From Wallemia ichthyophaga EXF-994 (lineage: Eukaryota; Fungi; Basidiomycota): a DNA stretch of 32,000 bases. The stretch lies in assembly GCF_000400465.1 (NCBI RefSeq), contig NW_008806281.1:180001-212000 (forward strand). Reading direction: 5' to 3'. The notes under the pieces are model-generated. The model made no database searches and was not told the origin of the DNA. It was given only the letters and a program-made list of their open reading frames with translations. The stretch's first letter is position 1; each line of letters starts with the position of its first letter. Both the position numbers and the translations under genes were made by a program. Shown here one piece after another: positions 20,342 through 30,864 of this stretch.

Positions 20342-22077
20342 ATGAACGATCCGCTTACATCCAAATTCAATTACGAGGAAGACTTTAAATACGATAACAG
20401 CAACGACGACTCGGAGGAATTCGTTTATGAAAATGCAGATGCAGATAATCTCGTTGAGCCCACCAGAGAAGTCAGCGAGCAACTCGAGAACACATTGCAG
20501 CTCAATACAGGCAAGGAGAAAGACAAAGAAAACTCGCAAGATGTCAGTGATGAGTATTTATCACGTCTATTCAAAGCAGCTTCCTCCGGCGATCTAGATA
20601 CTCTCGAATTTCTCCAACCCTCATTCGCGCATTCAAATGAGACTAATAAAAGAAGCGGAATCACTCCTCTTCATGCTGCTTCTAGTAATGGACACTTGGA
20701 TGTCGTCAAGTACCTCATTCAAGACGCTGGTGCGATGCTCGAGTTGGAAGACAGGGAAGGTGAAACCGCGCTGTTGAGAGCCTCTCACAAACCAGCCAAC
20801 CTTCCGACTGTCGCTTATCTTCTTGGTGCTGGCGCCAATGTCGCACACGTTGACAGCGACGGTTGGAATGCCCTACATAACGCCTCTGCTAATGGATCTG
20901 AAGATGCCGTCAGAATTATACTTAACAACGCTGACAAGGATATCATTGATAGCGTCGGCGGTATGCAAGGTGGTCCTGGATATACTCCTCTAATGAATGC
21001 AGCAAGCAGAGGTCATCTCCACGTTGTCATTTTCCTTCTCACTGAGGCGAGCGCACCTGCAGATCCTTTCATTCGCAACAAATCTGGTGCTACTGCCTAC
21101 TCACTAGCAGCTGAGAGCTTGAATTTTGATATCTGCGAGGTGAGTGTGTTTCAATACCCTACACAATACCAACATTGTCCCAGTTCATTCTCGAGTCTGA
21201 GAAGGGGCTCGTAAAGGATCCTGCTTCTTATAACCCTCTCAAATACCATCAGTCAGCACCTATCGCCATCCTCGAAAACCAGCGCTTGGATTGTCGTATG
21301 TCAACGCTGGCGAAAACAGGCGGTATTCCGCGTTGGTCCAACTCGGGCTTAGGACAGGGCGGTAGAAGACCTAAGTGGGAGCTACTAGATGGTCGTCCAA
21401 TAGATGCTACAGATCCTTTCAACGATGTACAGATACCTTCAATCGGCAAACCGTTCACACTCAACCTGACAACGGTATCAGGAAAGCCATCAAGCAATCG
21501 TGGCGCGTATCACTGGACTACTGATGACTGGCTAGTATGGAGATCAGCCGGTAAAGAAGATGGCGAGGGATGGATGTATGCACACGACTTTAGTGCTAAT
21601 GGCCTTCAATGGAAGGGGAACAAAAACAAGGAAATCGAGAATCTCGAAAAGGGTACCGGATTAAGCTCTATCAAGGCTACACAGATGTTTGGTGGTAGAT
21701 CCGGTAAGAGTGGTAGCAAGACAACATCCTCAGACAATGTAGACAAGAACTACTGGGTGAGGAGGCGAAGATGGGTGCGAGTGCTTCAAAGAGATCCAAG
21801 TAGGCTTTCATATATTTTTACAATACTTTCTAACCAGCATACAGCCTTGACACTTGCATACACAACCCCGGAACTCAAAACACCAAAGGCAAGACCAAGT
21901 GGAATGGCCGATGTAGCATTGAAGGATATACCACCAGCACACAGCAACACAAACGACAGTAAAAGCAAACTTAGTGCTAAAAGCACTCCGTTCAATCCAG
22001 CCAATGCAATGAGTATGTCTACACCCTCACTGCCAGCAGCGACGACCAACTTCAGCGCACGATTCCCCAAGGCATGA
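20342..22077 (+). CDS. UPA1: Ankyrin-repeat + DysF-domain protein, Upa1-like, lacking FYVE/RING, about 548 aa, 3 exons
   Basis: Exons 20342-21139, 21184-21799, 21845-22077; introns of 44 and 45 nt; 1647 nt in frame. About five ankyrin repeats (TPLHAASSNGH, TALLRAS, NALHNASANG, TPLMNAASRGH), then ENQRLD..TLAKTGG.PRWS.SGLG and a DysF signature (DW...EGWMYA..F...WVRRRRWVR). Family assignment is from recalled similarity. Confidence 0.75.
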
Positions 22078-22186
22078 TAGCAAGGCTTGAAAGCGAATGA
22101 GAGTAAACCGTAGGCATTGAATTGTAAATACCTAGAATGATTAAATAGCACTCGTTATCTACGCACTTCCATCATCTCGTCATAGA

Positions 22187-24669
22187 ATGCTGCAAAATCA
22201 ACAGCGCAAACGGCCGCACTACAATGAGGAGGATATAAAAGCGCAGTTGTCGCAGGTACATTTGATAGAATTCGATAGCTCGAATGTGCAGGACGAGTCG
22301 CTCGAGCAACTTGGTCCAATACTAAAGAATATCAACGAATCGCAGCAGGAGAGAGACTATGTGAAGGCATTAGATGCTTTCATAGCAGAGAAGGACAAGG
22401 AGATTGAGGAGCAGTGCAAATACAATTATCAGGTGAGTTGTACAGCAGCGGCACTGAGAAGCACGGCTGATCAAATGTTTGAAGGACTTTGTAGGATCAG
22501 TGAAGACGCTTCTTGGAGTGCGCAAGAGCACAATGCAGCTTAAGCAGAAGATCGTCCAGGTAAATGATGACATGCAGTCTGCAGGAAGATCTCTAGTCAT
22601 GAAGGTGTGTATTACAACACATACATCATAATGCACATCTAATATTCCTTACAGAAGAAGGAATTACTTGAAATAAACAGAACAAACGGTAATATCGACC
22701 AAGCTACAGAAATGATGCGCGCATTTCAGCATGTACTCGAAATGATGAAAAGAGTTGATGAGCTGATAGAGAGTAGGAAATACTACGCAGCTTTACGCTC
22801 TCTTGACGATCTCGCTATTCACCATCTTCCACCATTAGCGAATTACACACTCGGTGCTCACCTATTAGATGGTATTCCAGCAATGCGTCGTACAGTCTGC
22901 GATAGTGCATCATTCGAGTTGAAAGACTGGCTGCTCGGTATCAGGAACATTCAGCGCATAGTCGGTGCTTTAGCTCTATCCAACACGAATGAAAGACAGC
23001 AGCGATGGCGCAGCAAAAAGCAATCAGATCCCCTATTAGTCAACAGCGGTATTAACTCCCCATTAGAACTGGTCATGAATCAAGATAATTTCGATCCACT
23101 AAATAACAACGACGTTAGTATCGACTTCAAGCCGCTACTGCACTGTATACACATCTACGACGCACTGGCAGCTAGACAAGACTTAAGGAAAGCGTATCAG
23201 GAGGACAGAAAGTCGCAAGCTGATTTGATTTTGTCAACAAGAAGTGATCACGATTTCTCGCATTCGTTGCAGCATCTCCTACAGGACGTTGTCGGATTCT
23301 TTATCGTCGAGAGGTATGTACTCAGTCTGACTAGTGGCTTCAGGAGCGAGAGTAATGTCGATGATCTGTGGGATCTCATATGCTCTGGTATATCTAGCGT
23401 AGTTAGGGATGGTCTGCGCACATCACAGTCGCATGTGACAGTCAAAGAAAATGTAATGACGTTTATTTGGACGCTCGAAAGCTACGATTTTGACGTACAG
23501 CAATTGAACACGCTACTTCACGCATTGTTCGAAGAATATACCACATTACTTCATGATAACTACTCAAAAGAGCTAAGGAGCGTATTTGAAGGCAGTGATC
23601 AGCAAGCTCTTGTGGTCCAGTCTTCTGAGGATCTCGAAAGTATACTTAGTATTTGCTGGGTTGACAACTCTTCAGTCTCAGCCGTATATTCTCAGAAACC
23701 ACCTATTCATTTACCCTTTTCAAGCATATACCCAGATTCATGCAGATTATTGCGACAATTTATCGAAGATTTTTACAAATACACGGATGGATACGCTCAA
23801 GTGGATACTAACAGTCTAATCGTGGATGGCTTAGACAGTGTGATGAGAGATGGAGTAGTCAAAGCGCTAAGCGTGATTGCCGAGGGTGTCTTTAATCTCT
23901 CACAAGCGGTCCAGTTGGCTGTAGATGTCAGTTATTTCGAGTTTGCAGCTGGAGAGCTAATCAAGTGGTTGAGTGCTCTGTTTGGAGGTGTACACGACAC
24001 ATCCCGTTCGTCTCACCAGCTGAATTGTATCAAAGACGTTAAGAAGCTGTCAAAGCAAACTTTGACGCGTATAAGTGCTCTTATTGGCGACAAACTCGAC
24101 TCATTATTCGAGATGGCAGAGGTTGAATGGACCCCAGACTCTTCTACGGCACTCAAGAGTGACGTAAATCCGAGCGAGTATTTAAGGGAAATGACAGATT
24201 ACCTCTCTTTTATCAGCTCATCGGTGCTGACTAATTTGCCTACTAGTCTGCGCGACCAGGCTTATGCGAATGCTGTGCAACATATTGCTGAAGGTATACT
24301 TGATTTGTTGGTCGGTAGCGAAGTGCAAGTGATTAATGAAAAGGGACTAGATAACGTCAGAATCGACGTCAATTTCCTCATGACACAGTGTATTAGCGAC
24401 CAAAAACCACCAACGCTTACTGAACTGGATCAGATACTGAATTTGGTAAAGCTGAATCACATACAGGCATTCTTTGATAGTTCGACGTGAGTGCTAGATT
24501 GACAATGTTCAATTTATCTAACCAACACTTAAGATTCAGGAGAACTAAATATGGTAATGTGACGCCCAAGGTGAGTTACGACTTATCTAGACTCTTTAAA
24601 CTTAGCAGAGAACAGAACTTATTGGCGGTGTTGGACAAGCTGAGCAAAAGTCATTTAACTAGATTGTGA
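22187..24669 (+). CDS. SEC15: Exocyst subunit Sec15, about 762 aa, 5 exons
   Basis: Exons 22187-22432, 22485-22604, 22655-24486, 24534-24570, 24616-24669; 2289 nt in frame. Motifs LEQLGPILK, KYYAALRSLDDL, ELKDWLLGIR, IDFKPLLHCIHIY, VVGFFIVE, PSEYLREMTDYL. Confidence 0.9.
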
Positions 24670-24739
24670 ATTTGTCTATATTTTTGTAATTTCGTCACTG
24701 TCTGTCTAATCGACTATTGTTATCATCATCACCATCATC

Positions 24740-25555
24740 ATGGACGGAGATCAAAATCAGCGGAAAATATCAGTTTTCAAACCATACGAGAAGACGAGTT
24801 GTATGTGGATGCTGAAATTCGCGACTTGTATTTACACGATATAGCCACGCAGGAATACCCAGAATCGTACTTTGAGCCTACGTCGAGCGAGCTTGCAAAA
24901 GCACACACAGCGACATCGAAGCGATTAGAGAGTGAATATGAGGGCCCATTAAAGACGCGAGTGATGAGGGAGAGAGAGGAGAAGCAGCGCAAGGCTAGAT
25001 GGCCGACAGTAAGTGAAGTGTTATGACGTACGTTTGTACGACACTGACACTGCCAACTCCCCATACAGACGAATATACGCGTGAAGTTTGCAGATAGAAG
25101 TATCATACAGTCAGCATTCAGCAGTACTGAGGTTATAGCGCGGGTTTATGACTTTGTGAAAGATACGCTGGACGATAAGTACACAAACGAGGAATTTGTT
25201 CTGTGTGAGTGTTGGTGGTGCATGGAGTGTATTGTACACACAAAGCTCACAATACACAGACCAAAGTCCACCGAGGATTGAATTCAAACCAAACGAAAGC
25301 AAACGCCTTATTGACTTGGGGCTAGCCCCGTCATCGGTGCTCATGATAAAGTTCAAGACAGACAGCCTCAATGCTTCGACATCGAAAGCTCCTCTGAAAG
25401 GTAGTCTCACTGCGAGTGCTCACTCGCTGCCTACGCCTCCGAGCTTCGAGTCGGAACAGAGGACGGAGAAGAACACAGTAGAGAAGCCAGTTCCGAGTGG
25501 AGAGAAGAAGGAGAAAAAGATACCAAAGTGGCTGCTGAAAGGACTAAAAAAGTAG
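24740..25555 (+). CDS. Small UBX-domain protein (Cdc48/p97 cofactor, TUG/UBXN6-like C-terminal module), about 218 aa, 4 exons
   Basis: Exons 24740-24800, 24845-25008, 25069-25204, 25260-25555; introns of 44, 60 and 55 nt; 657 nt in frame. Motifs YPESYFEPT, PLKTRVMRE, IRVKFADR, VYDFVK, LYQSPP, LGLAPSSVL, KIPKWL. Confidence 0.85.
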
Positions 25556-25604
25556 ATTATGTACGAAGTTATGTCATTGGTTAGATAGCGCTATAGTTGA
25601 GAAT

Positions 25605-25713
25605 CGCGTGTGATCAGGGGTATATCTTGTGCGACAATTACCTATACTATACCTCATTTATTTGTCTTCAAAGTTCCTTGGCTCGCGTTCGCGCCGCTGC
25701 TAAAAGCGCGAAA
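25605..25713. promoter_or_regulatory. Cluster of four CGCG cores (MCB/SCB-like) upstream of the mannoprotein gene
   Basis: CGCG at 25605, 25684, 25690 and 25707, including CGCGAAA at 25707-25713, within an otherwise AT-rich 258-bp intergenic gap. Confidence 0.35.
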
Positions 25714-25813
25714 TGAGATATGAATATGCACTAAAATAACCCAAAAACCGGCAGATCCGACTTGAACACTAACCAACAACTCAAATCTATCCAACTTTAC
25801 TCAACTTAACCAA

Positions 25814-26945
25814 ATGGTTGGAAAACTTTCCCTACTCTCTCTTGCAGCAGTGGCTGGTGTAGCATCGGCGCAATCGATCGACTATCCCGGAGTGGTCTCG
25901 TCGAATGAAAACGGACCTACAAACCCAGACGAACCGGAACTGGGCACTGACACGCCGGACGACTCGACAGCGCGACTGCTCACAGTGAACAACATTGATG
26001 TGAGTAATGATAAATGAGGCACGCGCGCCCGCACTTACACCCAAATCAGGATTTCTGTATATTCGGACCAAAGGAAGCCGACAAAACGATTGGCGACACG
26101 GAATCTGAGCAGGTAGCTTGGTGCACGCAACCGCGCAACAACGCGCGCCTGATTCCCGAAGATACTTTCACGGGTGCGTAGGATTATAAGTGCAGGAGTG
26201 CGCGCATCGAGACAGTCGCTCACAACACCGCACAGGCCTGCACTTCGTCAAGACACCCTACTACATCCAGCTGCAAGGGTGGGGAGATCTGACCAAGATC
26301 GGGGTGAAGGACGGCGACTACGGCGGCGAGCTCGACCCACACGGTGCCGAAGGAAATGGGAACCCTGTCGGTGGGAATGTCACATCTAACATAACTGGTG
26401 ATGCGGTATTCTACGAGGAGTGGATGGAATTCATTTCGTATGAGCAATTCTGTCTGCGTGTATGTACGGCAGCGGACGATATGTGGGATGCGTCAACTAT
26501 GTGCGAGCACAAGCTGGACGAGATGGGCTGTGGGTTCATCATGCCTGGTGATTATGCGGGCAAGCAGGATGAATTTATTTCGTGCGATGCAGACGCAGCT
26601 TTCCCCCCAGGTGTTTATCCAGATGGAGACGGCTACAGCACTTTCAACCAGCGCTACACGGGTACTATCACCTCTAACACTTATGAGGTATACACCGTAG
26701 GCGATACAGCTACCCCGTCGGCACCGTACAGCACACCTTCTAGCTCCAACTGTGCCACCCAGTCCAGTCTGCATATGTACGTGCACACAGAGAGCGAAAG
26801 CGACGGCCCGCAATCAACCTCCGACGACAGCGGCAACAGTAGCACACAGGCAGAGAACGGTGATAGCGGTGCACGTAACATGGCTCTCGGCGCCATCGCT
26901 ACTGTCTCCATTGGGCTCATTAGTGCATTCGCTGTCTTGTCTTAA
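25814..26945 (+). CDS. Secreted, probably GPI-anchored mannoprotein (MP88/macrophage-activating glycoprotein-like), about 339 aa, 3 exons
   Basis: Exons 25814-25999, 26050-26173, 26236-26945. Signal peptide, then DFCIFGP, VAWCTQPRNNARLIP, GGELDPHGA.GNGNPVGG, FCLRVC, CEHKLDEMGCGFIMPG; Ser/Thr-rich tail and hydrophobic C-terminus after ...GDSGA. Confidence 0.85.
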
Positions 26946-27111
26946 TTACACTCTTTAATGTATTTATTGTATAATTGTATGGTGAAAATGAATGAATAGT
27001 ACAAGTGTGTTGATTTTTAAACATGCTAATTTGATATCCTGAACAATGCAAACTACAACTACACTTCTGCATCTACAGCAGTCTCCTCAGGAACCGATTT
27101 TGACTGCACTA

Positions 27112-29866
27112 CTAGTACCTGCGGACAGCCCATTTCGTTCCTCTTGTTTGAACAGCCGAGGTCGAGTGAAACAGATTGTGCGACGGAGCCTGTGTAGTGT
27201 ATGAGATAATAGCATCAAGTAAAGAGCTCAACCCACCTAAAACCCTACCAATATCACTAATCTCGCCTCTTTCCTCTGTGCTTATATCATATGCGTTCCC
27301 CCTCAGCAGTTCCTCCGCCTGGGACCGAAAGAGCGATGTGCGCTGCTGGTCGAGTTTCGCGCGCCCGACGACGACCATATCCTCTGAATGAGGATCAGGC
27401 AGTGCCGAGTGAAGCGAGTCTAGTAGGGTAGTGAGGATGCTTTCCGCGTCGACCTTTATATCGATACGGTGAGGAGTGCCATCGGGAGGAGTGTCGGGCA
27501 CATCATTCTGAGCAGAAGCGGTTGCGCCTTCACCACCACCCTCGTCATCACCAAGCCCGCCCGCACCCACATCGTGCGACGCGCGTCTGTGGAACATATG
27601 ACTCAGACCTCTGCTCTCCTGTATACCAGGTGCGACCATAGTGATCTGACCATGAAGCGTGTTATCGTCGTGTTTTTGTGGCAGCCCCATTCCCGGAGAA
27701 ACCATTTGAGTGAGCTCAGCCTCCTGTGCCAATTTGCTCTCGTGCGTTTCCGATTGAATGGTCAAGTTGAGTATGACGACATCGACAGATTGGATCCGTC
27801 GCACTATCTCTCGCGCACAATCATCATCTTTGCCACCGAAAAAGATGAGAAGGACTTTAGGACGTCTGGGAGATTTCTTCGCATGGCTGCTAGCATGTCG
27901 CAGTATATCGAGGGGTTGCACTATCACGCCCATCTCCGCTATGTATTGTGACTCTTTCAGTAACGCACCAGCGAAAGAGCGCGGCTTGTTGATGTCATTC
28001 GCAATTGTCGTCGCTGCAGTTCCGAAAGCCCCGCTGGATGGTATCCACGGCGTTATGACTATGCCTGAGGTGGAGATGGATTGCATGTACTCGAGCGTCA
28101 CGCGCACATGATCGACACGCTCAACTAGTAAAGATGTGGACTTGTGGTGAGTGTTGACTAAGCCGGATAGCTTCTCGAATGAGGTTAGCGCATTAACTAG
28201 TTCCAGACCCTCACTGTTTATGTTCATGTGCGAGTGTCCAAGGTACTCGGCTGCAGTGGCACGTGCTATGTATGCACGTGAAGTTATGTCGATTGCATGC
28301 AAATGAAGATTGACTACGTTGAAGCCGGGCGTCGATGACGACAGGAGCGAAAGAAACTTGAGGGTAGGGGTTAAAGGAGGAGCCATGGTATTAAAGACAA
28401 TAAGAACGCTCTTGGAGGCTGACGGAGATTCCTCTTGAGTAATACCCCCCTCATTCTTTTCAATGTCCTTCTCGTCGACGGGGTGTGCGTGGAGATCGAT
28501 TCTGTTGAGATAGACCCAGTCTGCGAGCGGACGTACGGTGAGAGTGGTAAGAATAAAGACCATGACAAGCTGTGCGTAGACTAGTTCGGAAATAACACCA
28601 AGCTCTAAACCGACAGAGAGAATAACGAGCTCTATAACACCCTTGGATTGCATCAAGAAAGCTACACACATGGCTTGGCGCCACGGGAGACCGACTAAAA
28701 GACAGCTAACGGCGGTGCAGCCACCCTTGCTAATAAAGGTGGCTGCAAGGAGGAGGAAGATAAGACCCCAAATCTTACCGCTATCGAGAAGGATAAAGTT
28801 GGTGTTAAGACCGCTGGATACGAAATAGAGAGGGAGAAGGAAAATCATGATCGGAGTTTCGATTCTTTCAGTCATCTTCTCTGGGAAATCATGCTCGTGG
28901 GGACAGCAAGCGCCAAAAGCGAAAGCACCGACCATAGGGTGCAAGCCTAGGATGTCAGTAAACCAAGAGCTGATAAGGGCGCCAACTATAGTAAGAGTAG
29001 CGATACCAGTAGTCAGTTTGTACTCGTTTCTGCGATAGAAGTAGCTGATAATGTGACGAGTGACAAACCACATGAAGATGACTTCGCCAATCAAGCAGAG
29101 AAGCTCCCATAGGGCGTTGATCTGATCACCGCCAGAGGACACGGCAGTGGAGATAGCGAGAAGAATGTAGCCCATGGCGTCATTGCAGACACCTGCAGCT
29201 ATAGCGATTGCACCGAGTTTAGTGGAAATGATGTTGAGTTCAACGAGAATGCGAGAGAGAATAGAGAGAGCGGTAACAGCCATTGAAGTTGCGATGAAGA
29301 GGAAAAAGCCGATAAAGTTGATGGAAGGGTCAGCGAATTCTTGGTACATGAGTACAGACACGCCAACAGATACGCCGAAAGGAACTAGGAGACCTGGGAT
29401 AGTGGTAACCATAGTTTCCTTCCACAAACGTTTCATCAAATCGATATCAGTCTCTAGGCCGACAAGAAAGAGGAAAAGGGCGAGACCGACGTTGCTGGTG
29501 AGGGCTGGAGGGGGTTATTAAGGGGAAATGAAGTATAAAGGATCCTACTAACACAACAAAGCCTTGTGTTCGTCGCTGAATATTGTCTGGGTGAAACCGG
29601 GTATTGCGCCAAAGGCCTGGGGAGAGTGAGCGACTAAGGATGGGAGATTGCAGCAAAAAGATACACACTGTTGGACCTAGTAAAATACCCGCGATAATCT
29701 CACCGACGACTGGTGGCTGCTTGATGAATTTTAACCCGAATGATAAGATTCGGCATAAGATGATGATGATGATAAGCTGGAGGAGGAAGACGGTAATGTT
29801 TTTTACAGGATTATTCTCGTCGTTAAGTGGATTTTGCTTTGCCAGGATGCCGTATAGGGACGACAT
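27112..29866 (-). CDS. KHA1: K+/H+ antiporter, CPA2 (Kha1-like), about 884 aa, 3 exons
   Basis: Exons 29866-29669, 29616-29553, 29504-27112; introns of 52 and 48 nt; 2655 nt in frame. Motifs QPPVVGEIIAGILLGPT, LFLFLVGLE, SVTALSILSRILVE, AGVCND, GLHPMVGAF.FG, LPLYFVSSGLNT, MQSKGVIEL. Long divergent cytosolic tail. Confidence 0.88.
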
Positions 29867-29973
29867 GATGGCTGTTGGGGGACAAGGGTTGTGACAGCCA
29901 AGAGACGCAGCTTCAGGGGTATTTGACAAGTATGACAATTATTAATTAAAATCAATTTACAAGATTGAATTCA

Positions 29974-30800
29974 TCAGGTCATTGCGGATTGAGCATCCAA
30001 TTGAGCCTGCAATCTAGTCTTCCTTCTGTCGTCTTCTTCCTTGTTTTCCCTTTCAATGGCTTCTACAATCTGCTCAACCTGGGCAGATTCCAGCTGCGTG
30101 CTCTTCTCGCCCTTCTTGAGAATTGATATGTCAATGTTCTTAGCCCCAGTTTGCACGACTTGGAGGAGTGATTTGATAGTGAGCTTGATAGCGTCATCGT
30201 CGCTGAGATCATCCTTGTAGTTCTTCTCTAAGAATTCCCTGACAGTCTTTGATGATCTACCGATGCTGTTTGCTTTCCATGCAGTATAAATCCCAGAAGG
30301 CTCAGTCAGGTATAATTTTGGAGTATTTTCGTAAGGATCGAACCCAGAAAGCAAGCAGCTAATACCAAACGGTCTAACACCACCAGATTGAGTATATTTT
30401 TGTTGAATTTGAGCTATGTGGCGGGTTATATACTCCACTGTAACAGCGTCCTCTACGGTGAGTCGGTGTGACTGGCATTCGAGCCTAGCTTTATCAACCA
30501 ACACTCTAGCATCAGCTGTAAGTCCTGCAAATGCCAATGAAATGTGGTCATCCAATCCAACAACCTTCTTCAACGATCTCGCGTCTTGAAGCTGTAAAAC
30601 TGACTTCTTCTCGACAGCAAGAATAACGCAGTCTTTACCAACTAAACCAACTGCGCATGTTCCCTTTCTCACCGCCTCCAACGCGTATTCCACCTGGGAC
30701 ACATACGTAAGCCACGAATAACACAGCGCACACAACAAACCTGGAATAAGTGACCGTCTGGTGAGAATACCGTGAGTGCTCTATCATATGATCTGGACAT
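29974..30800 (-). CDS. PRE6: 20S proteasome subunit alpha-4 (PSMA7), 259 aa, 2 exons
   Basis: Exons 30800-30741 and 30693-29974; 47-nt intron. Reads [28 protein letters not shown]...AGLTADARVL...KYTQSGGVRPFG...VREFLEKNY. Confidence 0.97.
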
Positions 30801-30864
30801 TTTCTCTTATTTGCGTGATGGTGAAAGATAGAAGCTGGCTCAATGGGTCTGGCTCAATCGAAAC
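30801..30864. promoter_or_regulatory. 64-bp gap between the divergent start codons of PRE6 and COG6; candidate bidirectional promoter core
   Basis: ATG on - at 30800 and ATG on + at 30865. Contains the direct repeat CTGGCTCAAT at 30835-30844 and 30849-30858. Confidence 0.45.

Noticed and set aside
1269-29866. Three ion/solute transporters (ArsB-like, TRP channel, KHA1) as a possible halotolerance cluster
   Set aside because: They are spread over 28 kb among unrelated housekeeping genes; this density is plausible by chance.
16217-30738. ORF-track starts at 16217, 20273, 29938 and 30738
   Set aside because: These are TTG or intronic starts from a prokaryotic-style caller; eukaryotic ATG starts and introns were used instead.
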